Origin: Ascidiella aspersa
Taxonomy: Eukaryota
Direction: 5' to 3'
DNA length: 64,000 nucleotides
NCBI GenBank assembly: GCA_963924565.1
Contig: OZ004613.1
Coordinates: 14,694,001 to 14,758,000, forward strand
Below the pieces are notes generated by a model. It made no database searches, was not told where the DNA came from, and saw only the letters and a program-made list of their open reading frames with translations. Positions 24,289-38,365 of this stretch are shown one piece after another (the first letter of the stretch is position 1; every line of letters starts with the position of its first letter). A program made the position numbers and the translations under genes.

Positions 24289-25594
24289 GCATAACAGAAC
24301 AGATGACAAAGGATGCCGAAATATAAACCGCAACCAAAACGTTTTCCAAATAACTCTATCGGACATAGCAACAAAAGCGAAGGCAAAACCGTAAACTTCA
24401 ACTGTTAGCTGATAAAAGTATATTCGCCATGGAACCTCCAAGACAACTCACCAAAATAACGGGAAGGGACCAACTGGGAGACATCTCAAATCGATACAAA
24501 TGGGGCATATTAAAAAATATCCATTTCTGCACGCATCGAAATTTCCCGAACGTGCGCAATGGATTTCGTGCATATATAACCTAGCACCGGAAATTCATGT
24601 CTTTGGAAACCGAATAAGAATAATTAAACCTGGCGACGACACGAGACCAACCTGCATTCATTGTGGCGAAAAGAGACACTGGTCCAATCGTTGCCAAAAG
24701 CAAACAACAGCCAAAGCCAACCTCCCCCATTTACAATGAGGCGGACTTTCCCCCTATGAAAACAAACTCAAACGCAAATATGGTCGCCGTCTTTGCAGTC
24801 ATTAAAAACAAACAGAATGAAAGAAATACAACCCCACCTCTAATAATCCTGGACGATAAAGACACCGAAAGTGAAGGAAGAATCCACGAATCCTCCTCCA
24901 TCTCCACTGATAATTCCTGATGCTAACGCAGGTCCATCTAAAAACTCCATGGAAAAAAAAATGAAATAGCTTTTAACAACCTGCAAAAACTCATGACTAA
25001 TCTTAATGAAAAAGACTCCCTCCCCTCCACTAGCGGAAAGGAAAAAAGTGACGAGGAATTTTCAATCAACATATCGGAAGATTTCCTACCGTCCCTCTCA
25101 TCCTCGTCCCAGGGCTCCAAAGAAGACCCCCCTCTAGAGACAAACACTGACTCCCCAACAACATCAACGTTGGGAAAACGGGGCCCACAAAATTACACAA
25201 CACCAGAAAAACCTAAACCCAACAAAGAAATCACCACACCCAAATTAACTAAACTACAAATTATGGCTATGAACAAGGCACTGCTTATCCAAAACACCCT
25301 CGAAGACTTAGCAGACCAACCGGCCCCCAAAAAAACAACGACACAGGAAATACTTGGTGCCGCCACTACCCCCACTATTACCTGGTGAAACACCAAAACT
25401 ACTCACCCGAAATCCACGTCCACTCCTAACGACAAAAGAAAAGTGATCATCAAAAACGAAATAGGTCATCATCCACCTCTCCACCGCAGCAGAATAAACG
25501 GACAAATCCAAATGAAGACGACGAAGTAATTGAAGAAGTTGAACAGTACCTTCTCCACAATACCATCGACTAAAATAAAAAAAATAAAAATATA
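24289..25594 (+). mobile_element. Tx1-like family F, 5'-truncated ORF1-only insertion
   Basis: GCRNINR..FQITL, EPPRQLTKIT, CTHRNFPNVRNGF, CIHCGEKRHWSNRC; ORF1 stop 25571-25573 followed at once by AATAAA and A-tail; TSD AAAAAAGCAT at 24279-24288 and 25595-25604. Confidence 0.82.
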
Positions 25595-26999
25595 AAAAAA
25601 GCATCGGCTAAAAGAAACTCGAGTAGTCATCACTCCATTTGTATTATTTATTAGAGGTAGCATATATTCGCCAAAGACTTCATAACCCGATAAGTTATAT
25701 CATCAATCCGTGGAACAATGGAAAAGTTGTTTAGCAACAGCAAGGCAAATAAGCCGAGCATTTTGAAATTTCCGAGTTCATGGAAGTTTCAATATCCCCC
25801 TATATACAGCTACTTGCACGTAAGTAATCCATACAGTTTAAATTGTTATCCCAATTGACAGCATTTTATTTGTCAAGATTCACTCGACAAAAAGCTCAAC
25901 ACACGAATATGTGCCAACGGAAAGCCGACACCTTCCATCAGGATGGCACCGCAAGGACATTGAAAATCATGTGGAAAAACACAAAGCCAGTCGAGCAGAA
26001 AAACGCTTGCAACTTCCTAATGTTTGGTCTTCAAAACCTACGACGGACACGGCACAACCACCTCATCGGCAGGTAACAATATAAGGTTTATTTCGACAGA
26101 ATAGGTAGGTATTAAATATTTGTTTAATTTATAGCTACGGTTTACGCCAAGCTGCAGCTTTTACCAACAACCATCATTAAAACCCGGTTCAAGTAAGTAA
26201 TACCATCACTTACTTAATATAAAAATACCAATCTTCCTGTACAGACATCACAAGTTGCACTGAGGGATACGAAAGTACGGAAGAGCTCGAAGATAATTCA
26301 GCTGCATGTCACGACCCAATGCAGTCAAGCAACACTGACGACGTTCCGGAGCTGATGAACGTGGTGGAGGAGGTACATCCGTAATTTAATTTTTGAAACA
26401 ATTTAAATTTGAAACCGAAGCATTTGAGTAGTGGTGCTGTACACTTATTTTTAAACTTAAGAGTAAAGACGCGACATACAGCTCGGAAAGGGATTCGAAT
26501 GACGAAGACATGAGTGCTTGAGTAGATACGGCCTCTTCGCGAACTTATCTTAGTATTATTTAGGCCTAAATATATTTTGCATGTATTTATTTATAATGCA
26601 AGAAAAATTTTGGTAACACAGGGAGGATTCTGGAAAACCTCGTGGTCCCAAAGGCACCCAGAATAAGTGTACGAACGCGTGAACAACGAAGTACACTGCC
26701 GGTATAATGCCAATAATGAAAACTCTTATATATTTATAGCAGTTGTTTACTTTGTTTTAAATGTCAGAACGTACAGGAATTGCAAGGAGTATAAAGTGAG
26801 GACGTTGAACAACTGGGCAAACAGAAAAAACGTGGAAAACACATTACCTGATACAACATCTTCGCAAGAGTCGAAAGCGCCAGATTGCAAAACGCGGACG
26901 CAAATCAGATTGGTTAGTCTCACCTGAATTATTATTTTTTTTTTGGGAGGGCATTTTCTAAAAAAGTCATCAGCTATTCCTTTCTTGCAGATGCATTTT

Positions 27000-28960
27000 T
27001 TTGTCGCGCCAGGATCTCTTCGAAGATTATCACTAACGAAACCGTATCGGTCTTATCAGAAATGTATGTTTTTTTACTGCAGCAAAAGCTGGCCCATTTA
27101 AAAACAAAAAATTTGCATATCACGTTTTTGAGCTGTTGTTTTAGCCTGAATTTTAAACCATTTTTATTCGCATCGCAGGCTCGTTGCATCACAGTTGGCT
27201 ACTTCATCACACCGAAGTAAAAATTATGGCAGGGAAAAAAACGTGGAGTCTTTGCCGCACATATTGAAGAACAAACGCTCCACGAAATTAGGGAAGCAAA
27301 GCTACACTGCCTTATTATCGACGACTCGACGGACTCATCCGAGAATAAGCATTTTATTATGCTTGTTGAATACACGTTTGAGGTATGTATATTTAAATTT
27401 TATACTATTCTTTGCATAACCAATAATAATTTAATTTTAGAAAACTGCGAAAGTCAAATTCCTAGCCCTCATCGAGCTACAAGGGCTGTCGGCACAGGAC
27501 ATTGTAACAGCGATCGAAAAGTTTTATACGGAAAACAGGCTTCCGTTAAAGTATATGGTTATGCTAACCAGTGATGGTTGGACGTTCTAATGGGGTTGTG
27601 GCAAAGCTGAAAGTGAGTTACAAAAAAAACATTAGTTAGTTAAGCATTGCGGAGTTTATTATTTATTCACTCTTAATGGATGATACACTTTAGCGCTGAC
27701 TGGATAGCACATTGCGTAGCTCACCGACATGCATTAGCTGTAAAAGATGCATATGACCGTACACCGAGGATGCTTCAAATGGACCATTTAGTTAATTTGA
27801 TTTTTACCTATCGTACTCGATAAGTTTAGATATTGTTTCAATAAAAATATATACTACATATGAAAACACTTATGTTTATTGTACAGGTCTCACTTACACC
27901 GCGATGCTATTTTAAATGTTTCGAAGCTAGGGAGAAAAATGGAAGCAGATAACAGCGATTGCGGACACACAAATAACCCACCTTAACAAACTAACAATCC
28001 TTTAGAAATTTCCTTGTTCTGAATGCATACACATATTTGGGCTTCTGGACCACATTAATAAATTTTTTTAAAGGGAATTTAGTAATCCGTTTAGAGCAAG
28101 GCAAAATTGGCATGGTAATTTACTGGCACTTGTTTCTATATCTGTTTGTTTTCGCTACGATTGTGTATCATCTTCCATTTCAATAGGTTATTCCATAATG
28201 CCCAGAGCCAATTCTGATAATGGCCAGCACATTGTAGAAGCGGTGAAAAAAGTGCAGGAAGGGAAGCTCGCAACTCCGACAGTCGAACGATCGATGCGCT
28301 CGAATGAAGATTCAAAATCAACAGAAGATGGCATCGCTAATTTGAAGGTGTCAACGTTATATAGCTAGTGTAATTGCTACTCCGCTTTGGTTAAACGTCG
28401 GACTAATTTTTTTATTTTCAGGGTACACACACATCTGATCCAATCACTAGAAGCTAGATTTTCAGAAAGCGACCTATTTGCTTGTTTTATTAAAATATTT
28501 GACCCCAAGAGCATCGAAACGCGTTTGGAGACGCTGAAGCTGGGAAATTGCTGGAAAAGTTAGTATTTTCATCGTTTACCTAGCGTTTTTCGTGGATTAG
28601 AAAGTTGATTTTGTACAGATATAACGCCCTGTTGGATGGTACTTGACCACCATGTTTGCCTACAACAGGAATGGAGAATGCTGCGCCATGAGCGCCCGTG
28701 AACTTAATAAAGACCAAGAGCACCGGTGGGTACTTTTTCTAACTTTTTATATAGCCAAAGTAGTATGACAACCAACAAAGGTCCTTCAACCGTAGACCTA
28801 AAGCGTAAACATAAAAACATTTGTCTTTCAGAAATCGACTGCAACTACACCCCATTTAGGTATGGTTGTCAGATGCGGTGGCGCAACGGTTGGGTCCAAA
28901 GAAAAGGAGAAGGCCTTATGAAGAACGCCTAGAAGAAATGGTCAAGTCTAAATAAAAGAC
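27000..28960 (+). pseudogene. Degenerate hAT-like transposase remnant
   Basis: DDSTDSSENKHFIMLV (~27320), MLTSDG, HCVAHRHALAVKDA (~27710-27750). Confidence 0.55.
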
Positions 28961-29079
28961 AGACGCCACGCTTATCATGAAAACGCATCAACATTCCTTG
29001 CTGACGACACCCGTGAAGAAGAGATTTTTATTTAATATTATTAATTCGTTTTAATTCTCGCTATATTTCTTTTTGCTTT

Positions 29080-30120
29080 TTGCTACCTATTAAAAGGAAT
29101 TCGAAAGCCATCTCTCTTACTGCTAATCTTTGGTCTAATATTAAAATGCAATCATTTCAATTGGTCAATTTGGTTATTGCTACAAAAGAAGTTAATGCTG
29201 CACATACTGCTCAAAATATTACTTCGTGATTTGAAGAAGTGTTAGCAGAATATGGAGTTTTTTCACCGTTACAGATTGTGGCAAATATTGTTGCAGCATG
29301 TAAACATTCTAGATGTGCGGCACACACGTTGCAACTATGTTTGAAATGGGGCTTTACAATTTTCCCCAAATAAAATCAGTAATCGGAAAAATAGGTATTA
29401 TTCCTAAATTTAACAAAGAACATTTATTTTTGCATATCCAGTTTAAAATGTCCTCTGAATCCAGTCAGGCATTAGGAAGTTTTTACAAAGTACTGAATTC
29501 ACCTCATGCACACGGGCTTGTTGTCATGGATGTTGCAACGCGGTGGAACTCTACATAAAGATTGAGTTCTTTGCAACTTATGTTAGACAAGTATTAAGTG
29601 ATAGGGCTAAACATCTGGAAATTGTTTGCTAAAAAGTTGTTATGTCTCCATTGCAAATGTGATTCCCATTGTCAAAGGATTGCACGAAAAACTAGTCCCC
29701 TTAAAAACAATCCATATGTCAGGCAATAAAACAGAAGTTTTCCTTTATCTCTTTGACAGTGATTGTGTAACATCAAACAAAGGAAACTATTTTGAAAGAA
29801 GCCATGTGGTACAAGTAAATAAAAGATTTTACAATAAGTTGCAAGATATTTTGAATGTCAGAATCATCTTATGCTGTATTTTACCAGGTTAAAGCCTCTA
29901 TGGAGTCGGAGCTGTTGAGAGTGGAGCAAACATCCACCGAAATCCCTGCAGCTCAAATGGACCAGATTGCTGGCCTCATGGCTTTTGGGGCTGAGGCTGG
30001 GAATTCCAGCAGTGATGAATATCAAGTTATGAAAAGATGTGTGGCACAATATGCCAGGGCGAAAGCATGTAAGGAGCCGGTAGACATTTTGAAATGGTGG
30101 CAACAATTTTTTATTGAAGA
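29080..30120 (+). pseudogene. hAT (Ac/ZBED1-type) transposase remnant
   Basis: AISLTANLWSNIKMQSF, HTAQNI, MDVATRWNST, DILKWW. Confidence 0.7.
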
Positions 30121-31344
30121 CTGTATTCTTTTTCCTATACTTTTAATTTTTGTATTATGTTTTGTTGGTACTGTTTTTTTTTCTTTTTTTTTATAGGATC
30201 CCTAGTGAATATATTCTATTGCAAGTAGTGGTAGATTAAACAGATCCAGCCCGCTATTTTTCTTACAATTGGATGAATTCAACGACGATTTTTGCTGTGC
30301 CCAATTATTAGTTTACGCTCACTACATCTCTTGAAACAGCATAAAGGAGCAATATTTATTTTTGGAACTTCAAACCACTTGCTAGGAAGAAGATATCTTG
30401 AAAGCTTTGAAAGTGTTTTTGCCCCTCATGTATCCATCCATTCGTTTGTTTGATTCATCATCGCTTTGCTTTAGCAATGAAAACTCTACCTCAAAGGCTG
30501 CGAGAAGTGTTGCAAGATGTGGTAAAAATTGTCAATCATATTTGTGTAAACGCAACAAGATCCAGACAACTTGGAGATGATTATAAAGTTTCTGTCAACA
30601 TGGTGTATAAACAGACTACCATTTGTTGAAACTACAGGGAAAAAAAACCAATTGGTTATATCGTACCGGTATCATATCTCGCTAGTAGGCATGTAGGTGT
30701 GACATACATTATAGGGGGGTAACCAACTCCGACAAATAACGGATCTTAATATACTTGAATTAGAAGCACTTTTTGTGTTTATTTTAATAAATTGCTCTGT
30801 AAAAAACTTCACATAAAAATAAAACTTAGATTGTCCAATTTTCTTCTGGGTCAGATTGATGCAATTAAAGCTGTTGTACATTTGTCTGATCGAGGTAAAC
30901 AGACTTTTGACATTATTTTCAATCTGCAGAACACATTTAGGATAAAGGAGTGTGAATCGTTCCAAGTTCTGTAGAGAGCAGCATATAGGCTCTTCTTCCA
31001 AAAGGTTCGTTCCATCTAAAGCACGTTCAGAAAAATTGTTGAATCGGCACAAGTATTTGTGGTTTAATGACAGACACGCGAAAAAAAATTTTACAAGCGA
31101 AACTGTTTGATTTTTAAATAATTGCTCAATTATGCTGCATGCAACTCTTGGTTTATTTAAAGGCAACACTTGAAAATCCCTAACCAACATAACTTTTAAG
31201 GGGAAAACAGGACACATTATCCAAACTACCATATCTAATATAATTTTAGGTTGCATGAATAAGCGAGAGTGCACATTATATAACTCACAAAAGCTTTTCC
31301 ATACAATCACAAATCTATACAAACAATCGGATGACATTTGCATT

Positions 31345-34300
31345 TGTAGCGTTTGCGCTCCATATTGTTACCGGCTTGAAACCCCGGCCAACCTGTCGTC
31401 ACACCAGCCTCTTCACAGTTTATTGCCTGATCGTGTTTTCGTCGTTTGTCCGATTGTCACGATATTTAATTACCGCCAGCTGGAATGCTCTATATAAGGG
31501 ATTTCATTTTATACCAAAAATAGCAGTCTTGCATACTGTTCATTGTGGAGTCCAGATCGCGTACGTTATACGGAGGTAATTATTGTATGTATGTATCGTA
31601 AGTACCTGTAAGTACTGTTTGTCGTTCGTTTGTTTAATTGCAATAAATATTCTTTCATTGTGCTTAAAACCCACAATTGGTGACCCCGACGTGATATTGA
31701 ACACGCATTAATTCCTTCTGACTAACTAATATTCTGAAATAATTAATATTAACCTATTGTGTTGATTTAAATCTATTTTGTAACCTACGCTTTTGCACCT
31801 ATATTTAGTCTTATTTATCGTGTGCTATTCTTAAAATCGTTATGTCGAATAACTTTTCCGTTTTGTTTTCAAAGGTTTCAAGCAAATTTAAAGCTTGCAA
31901 CGCCAAAACTTCAACGCGGTATAGCTGCCATGCTATGTAATATAAGGGAAGGTAATGTTTTTCCGAAACCTAAGGGAATTAAATCGAACTTTTCCATTTC
32001 TAAGCTACCTCATACGAAAATAGGCTCTTTTTCTAATTTCTCCTTTCTCTAAAAAGAAATTTACAGAAAATGATGTTCTAATGCCATCGGTTCAAGTTGT
32101 TCCACCGATTGCACTGCCATTCTCGTCTACTGATTCAGTTTTGCAACCTGCAGCAGCTTCTTCAGCTGAGCCGCAGATGACCAACGACTTACCTTATTCA
32201 ACTTTCGAAGCCGCTCCATCGTCGTTTTGCAACACGGCAAAACCTTTAAATGTTCCGGAAAAATCTTTGCAGCCTGTTGCAGCAACGCCCAGCAGCAAAC
32301 TTTCAACTGGAGATGCGACGCCTCGTCAACCAACCACGCGAGTTTATTGCATCTACTACGTACGAAACACCTATGACATATGCAACTCTACGTCAAACTC
32401 TATTCGAAAGGTACTTTTAACCTATCTTTTTCACCTTTCTCTTTACCTAATCTTATCAGACAGGAATTCTTGTCGATCGATTGATGATTTTAAGTATCTC
32501 GATGACTGGTATCGTCCGCCTGACCTAACAGCTTGCAAGCACATCTTGCGAAACTGTTGCGACAGAAGCAGCACTTTCCTACGACGTTTACACCTGATGA
32601 TAACATAGTAAGCTTTCATAACTTTACCTTATCTATCTACGGCCTCTTACTATTCTCTAACCTTGACTATTCTAATCTTCTCTTCCTCTTATTCTCAGCT
32701 TTTTGCTAGTGTTCTTGATAGACGTTTTGTTAACGTTTTTGGGTAATTTTAGCGCCTATGGCTTAAAGTTATCGCTAACGCAGGGATGGGCCTTGCATAA
32801 TCAAATTGAATTTCACTAATACGCTCACGTAGGATGGCAGCTATAGTTTATTCGTAATTTTTGTGCGCGCTATGCATTGTCAAGTTATTGATACATGCCT
32901 TGTTTGCCTTTTAACGCACCACGCCTGTTTTTCTCTCTAAGCCGCCGCCATTGTTAGTATGTTGTTGCGTAATTATAAGCTCGTTTTAATGTTGCTATAT
33001 CAGTCGAACATTGCAGATTTAAAACCGCCTTTGAGCTAAAACTAAATTTACGGCATAGCTGTTCAGTCATTTGCAAAATTCCGTCTCTTTTTGTTAAGTT
33101 AAAGGTGAAACTTTACGTAAGAGAATATTCTTCTCTCGTAAACTATTCTCTAAGCCTATAAACAGATATATTTATCTTTCACACTTAACAGAAGTTGCGC
33201 CTTCTGAAGTGCCATTTCCGTTTGCAGCTAACCTGCAGTCTGGTCCTATATGGTTTACGGTGTTTGATCAGAGATATCACACCTAAAATAGCCTGACCGT
33301 TTTGTTTGTATTCCGGGCATAGATCCCGATGTTTTCAAGGCCACGTGATGCCTTTTAACCTTACTGACGGCTGAGGTACCGTCGCATGTCGATTTGGAAT
33401 AGTGTAACTTTTTAGTTTTTTAACCTTTACGCCAAGGTTAAAATGTCTGTCATTTAGGAATTACTTTTAAAATGGACAAGGCGTTAATTTTGTTTTCGAG
33501 TTTCAGAGATTAGCACCGTTTAACTTTCTTTATTTGGTATTCTAGAACGATAGATTCTAGGCATTTGACTGACGGTTTTTCCTTTGAACATTAAATTACG
33601 ATTTTTACGGCTCTATTTCTGGATTGTAGGCTGTGCATTTCTTGTATTCGCATGTTGTTAATCGCCGGTGTAAGTATTTTTACACAGATCGTTCAGAAAC
33701 AAAATACCAGCTCGATTACGGAGGGATTCTCGAACACTAGAAGGAGCAGTTCAGTTTCAGCTCTTTGACTACCCACGTGCTTCATCGTTGAACAACAGTC
33801 ATTTATGTTTCGGAGGTCGCCACCGTTCCTGACTTGTTCTACAAATAGCCGATCGACAAGGAGGACATGATCATCCCATGCACAATGTTTGACTTCCTGG
33901 AGGAAGAAGTCCAACATGGAGTCTCTCCCCGGACCTATTGCTTCAAAGACAAGGGGAGTGTGATGTAGCGTTTGCGCTCCATATTGTTACCGGCTTGAAA
34001 CCCCGGCCAACCTGTCGTCACACCAGCCTCTTCACAGTTTATTGCCTGATCGTGTTTTCGTCGTTTGTCCGAGTTTCCTCTTTTTCGATGCGTCGCCGAA
34101 CCGCATTGTCACGATATTTAATTACCGCCAGCTGGAATGCTCTATATAAGGGATTTCATTTTATACCAAAAATAGCAGTCTTGCATACTGTTCATTGTGG
34201 AGTCCAGATCGCGTACGTTATACGGAGGTAATTATAGTACTGTTTGTCGTTCGTTTGTTTAATTGCAATAAATATTCTTTCATTGTGCTTAAAACCCACA
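31345..34300 (+). mobile_element. Non-autonomous Gypsy-type LTR element
   Basis: LTRs 31345-31675 and 33964-34300 (TGT..ACA, TATA-like box, AATAAA); 4-bp TSD CATT; PBS at 31678; PPT AAAGACAAGGGGAG; no recognisable gag/pol. Confidence 0.9.
31678..31706 (+). promoter_or_regulatory. Primer-binding site complementary to the tRNA-Trp 3' end (extended)
   Basis: TGGTGACCCCGACGTGAT-A-TTGAACACGCA versus reverse complement of metazoan tRNA-Trp TGGTGACCCCGACGTGATTTGAACACGCA. Confidence 0.88.
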
Positions 34301-35691
34301 CATTTTTGCTTTTTAGCACAAGTCTAACATAAACAAACGAAAAATTGCCTTCCAGTGTAAAATAATTTCTGATATTTTTAGACATATAAAATGTGCAATG
34401 CATTTAAAGACAGTTTTGCCAGTAATTCTTGTCGGACACTGTTGTTACGTGTTTTATTTGACACCACAACATTATCACCGGTTGCTAATTATGCCGACTG
34501 TTTTTATGGCCCGCGAGGGATAAGTTCAGATTTACCTTTTTCTGAAAATTTATGTTTTCTGCTGAATCACATAAAAATCAGTTTCAAAACAATTGGACAA
34601 CATTTAGGGGCTCCGCAGACATCCTCCCCTAAAATTGCTAAAATATGGGACTTCCCCTTACACGATACTGTACGTTTTTCTTTCAGAACACAGTAGAAAC
34701 CTTGTAATCTTGATATTAAACAATGGCAAGAAAGCACCACAAATCTATTTTTGCTAAAGAAGAAGAACATGATTAATATAATGGATGCGACCTTTGTGAT
34801 TGGGTGAGGATTGTCCTTCGTTGATTTTTTGGTGTTTGGTGTAAAGCATTTATTTGCATTTTCTGGACTGCTCTCCCAAAAGTAAGAGTAAGTTTTGACA
34901 CTGGCGAGGGAAATTGGTCATGTAAATGCCCACATTCTATGAAAATGTGGCAAAATAGTTTCTTTGTCTAACGAATAATAAGAGTTAAGGATTGAGGTTA
35001 CCAAACTGTCTGCTGGTTGTTGGTATGAAATCTCAACGGAAGATGATGCAATAATACTTGAAAAGACAAAGTTATACCAGAAATCTTTTACTACTGAAAA
35101 AACAATCGCCCCTACTACCCACAATGTCTCCTGAAGAAATTTTGAACTTAGGATGTGTTAAAATTTGAAAGTATATTTTATATTTTTTTCAGCATATCGT
35201 TGACTTTCAATGCCATACTCTTCTTAATTTGGGCTTGTGCCATTTTTTAATGCGGGTAATCCATGTGAGTTTTTATATTTAAAAACAACAACAGTGTGCC
35301 AATTAGTATAAAAATACCCAAAGTGTTACATTATACTTGGTTTATTACTAAATTGTTAAATTTATTTTGCAATACTTTTCAACTTTTTGGCAGAATCATG
35401 TTGCTGTAATAACAGCCATCAAAATGCTTTACAGCAATGAAAATACTACACAAAATTAGAAAGGTTGTTATAGGTGTTTACATTATAGTAAAGTAAATAC
35501 AATAAAACTGCAAAAAGTCGAGGTCTACCAAAGCATGTATCATAAGAGGAAATTTTATTGGCAAAGATGGTATCTTTGAATTGTGTTATGTTTTGATAAA
35601 TCATCTGTCTTTGCCAAACTATTGAAATGGCCCCATCAGGGAGTATGGATAGAAGATGTGGTCATTTAACTTTAAGACACTTATGCTAAAG

Positions 35692-35961
35692 CAGGGGTTC
35701 TTAACCTTTATCGCCATATTACCCATTTCTGCCCAGATCAAAGTCTAACTACCCAAAATATTATTTATTTATTTATTTTGCTATTTTACCGTACTAAATA
35801 TGCAAAAAAGTTGGTTGTTTTAAAAGAACTCAAAACATAAAAAAGGTGTAAGTAATATAAAGCAACTTTACCACTTACATCTGTTACATCCATAATTTTA
35901 AATATTCTGGTTCTGCTGATTACCCACATGTGGGTAATTACCAATAGGTTAAAAACCGCTG
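35692..35961. mobile_element. hAT-type MITE
   Basis: TIRs CAGGGGTTCTTAACCT / AGGTTAAAAACCGCTG. Confidence 0.7.
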
Positions 35962-36919
35962 TTCGAATTCAGCTTGTTGGAAAACAAATTGTTTCGTAAT
36001 TTTTATAGATATCTTGAAATTGTAAGATGAAACACATAACAATGTCTAGAAAAAATTGTTCATTTTCGATTTTTCATGGCGTTGCTGTGTTTACATGAAA
36101 TTTACTTTGCGGCAAGAGAGCGCGCATGGGATTATACTACATCTTTTTTTGAACAACCAAATGTTGTTGTTACAAACATATAGCTGCCGAAGAAAATATT
36201 TAAATAAATAAATTTGGCATATACGAGAACATACCGCACTTTGGAATGCCGTATAAATGGTCAAATGAAAACTTCAATAAAGCGAAATTTAATTTGGACC
36301 TTAGTTCAAAAACAATCTGCTGTGAAAGGCTTTCGTAATCAAAGAATGTGTAAAGAAAGATCTATCCATCGTCAGCAGTACTACAGAGAGCAGTGCAACG
36401 CGTCATTATGAAACTAGACAGTTGTGTTGAAGAGCAACAATAATGGGAAAAAAATACAGGCAACAAATAAGAAAGTTGAATAAGCAATGCAAAAATACGG
36501 TAAGGTTAGAAAGCTGGAATTATTAAGGCTTGATAGTAGTTTTAAATGATTTAAAGTGACACAAAGAAAAACAACCAAAGACGTGTGTTGCACCCTGGAC
36601 TATTTCGCCGTTTTTGTTTTTGTTGAAAACAATTGTTTTGAGACTATACCTGGGTACTTATAGTTAGCGGAGCCGCCTTTTTCTTTACAAAATGGCAACC
36701 GCTTGCCCATCGCCCAAACAATTAACACCTTCGACCCGAATGAACTCATTGTTAGCCATATGGGCGAAGTTGACATACAGTTTGCGCCCCTCCACAAACG
36801 CGCCCTCAAATCTACACGATTTTTGAAATGATCAAATTCAATTATAAAACGGATTTGGAATGTTTCGTTTAAAAACCAAATGGACGCACACTGCTGCTGT
36901 GTTGCCGCTCTGATGAGCA

Positions 36920-38365
36920 GGAACACATTCTAGCGTCAACGCTGAGCCTTATCAAGAAAATGTTATTAAGGTCCGGGTCAGCTATTTGCCGCATCGGATG
37001 AAGCCTATGACCGTCGAACGCTATTTTGACCATAAAGTAGCCCCCTAGGGAACAATTAGATTCACGCAACTTACGCTCCGGTAAATTAGTCCTAGACTTA
37101 GATAGAAAGACGGAGCAATCCCATCGCAAAAGAAATAATGATGGGCCCCCGATAGGGGTCTTTTACGACGAGCAACCTGAGTGCTGTCGCTAAAGAACAG
37201 GGATAAAGAGGAGAGAGAGAGAGCAGCGTTGGAAAAGGAGCGGAAGAATGCAGAAAATCTCCCATCACTTTGGGGTGACCTCCACCATTCCTCCAGTACA
37301 GCTCTAACAATTGGAGAGCAGAGATCACTAGCCCCGGGGGTCGTAACCCCCCAAGACCCACACCGCAATCTGCTGGGGCCGCCTCGCACCAGACCTCGGA
37401 GACACGGCTCCACAACAACCTCCAGTTTGACGGAGAACGACCCCAACGTGTCGATCAGCTCCGGGAACGAGGAGGAAGACCAGATGAAAACTGAAGAACT
37501 AACACCACCCCATAAAGGTACTTACTACTTCTGCTATTGGGTTGTCTGATCTTGGGGTCGTTAGAAAAAGGCTGCAAAGCAACACGTTGGCTGCCCCGTC
37601 TTGCAAGGGCATAAAAATTCATAACCTCGATTGTGTCCCCAGGCTGCTGAAAAAAGACTACTACTCCTTCTTTGAGGGTCTCTCAGCAGCATTGTAAATT
37701 AATTCTCCCCCACCTTCTTAATCATATGGCAAATAATCATTTTTTGACAAACTTTTTACCCTTACCTTGACAAACATCCTCCAAAACCGACCCCTAATCA
37801 CCCTCACCGACACTTTCTGCACCCTTAACCCATACACTAAAACTTTTTCTCGCCGTAACTCCCAATCCCGCCTTGATCGCTTTTATGTTGGACCATGATA
37901 TATAGTTACCCTCAAACTAAACCGGTTAAAAACAATTCAACAGGACTATCATTTTAGTCAAAACGCAAATTGCATCCATAAAGAAATTGCTAAAAAACTA
38001 AACTTAGAAAAATCCAGAGAAAAACATTCGGATCTTGCATTACGGGAACAAATGAATCTTAACTACCCGCATTGAAACGTGAACTAAATCAATATTATCT
38101 GCTGGTTCAAATAAAATAGCCTATACACCCGCCGTGTCCAAAAAACACACATAAATTAATTATTAGATGATTTCCACAGCCCTCACACCACTCCCTCTAA
38201 ACTGTGTAAACTGGCAAAACAATACCTCCCCACATACCCAAATTGACCCCTTCTTCCAAAATCATACTCCAATTCCCGATCAACTCTATCATTCGCTCAC
38301 TCGCCACGAAATTCGTACAATAAGACCTTTTCCAACCGGTAAAACCCCTTGGGCCCGATTGCCTC
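36920..38365 (+). mobile_element. Heavily deleted L1/Tx1-like LINE (family G)
   Basis: Low-complexity ORF1-like tail (37181-37549); APE motif LTDTFCTLNPYTKTFSRRNSQSRLDRFYV (~37795-37890); A/C-rich strand bias. Confidence 0.6.

Larger units (their letters stand above)
30670..35690 (-). pseudogene. Possible P-element-like transposase remnant, interrupted by the LTR element
   Basis: ILSSKFLQE..LFFS..R at ~35080-35160 resembles the P-element KFSQDxLExFF motif; weak. Confidence 0.35.

Noticed and set aside
31678-31706. tRNA-Trp gene
   Set aside because: Only the 3' ~29 nt including CCA are present, 2 nt after an LTR; this is a PBS.
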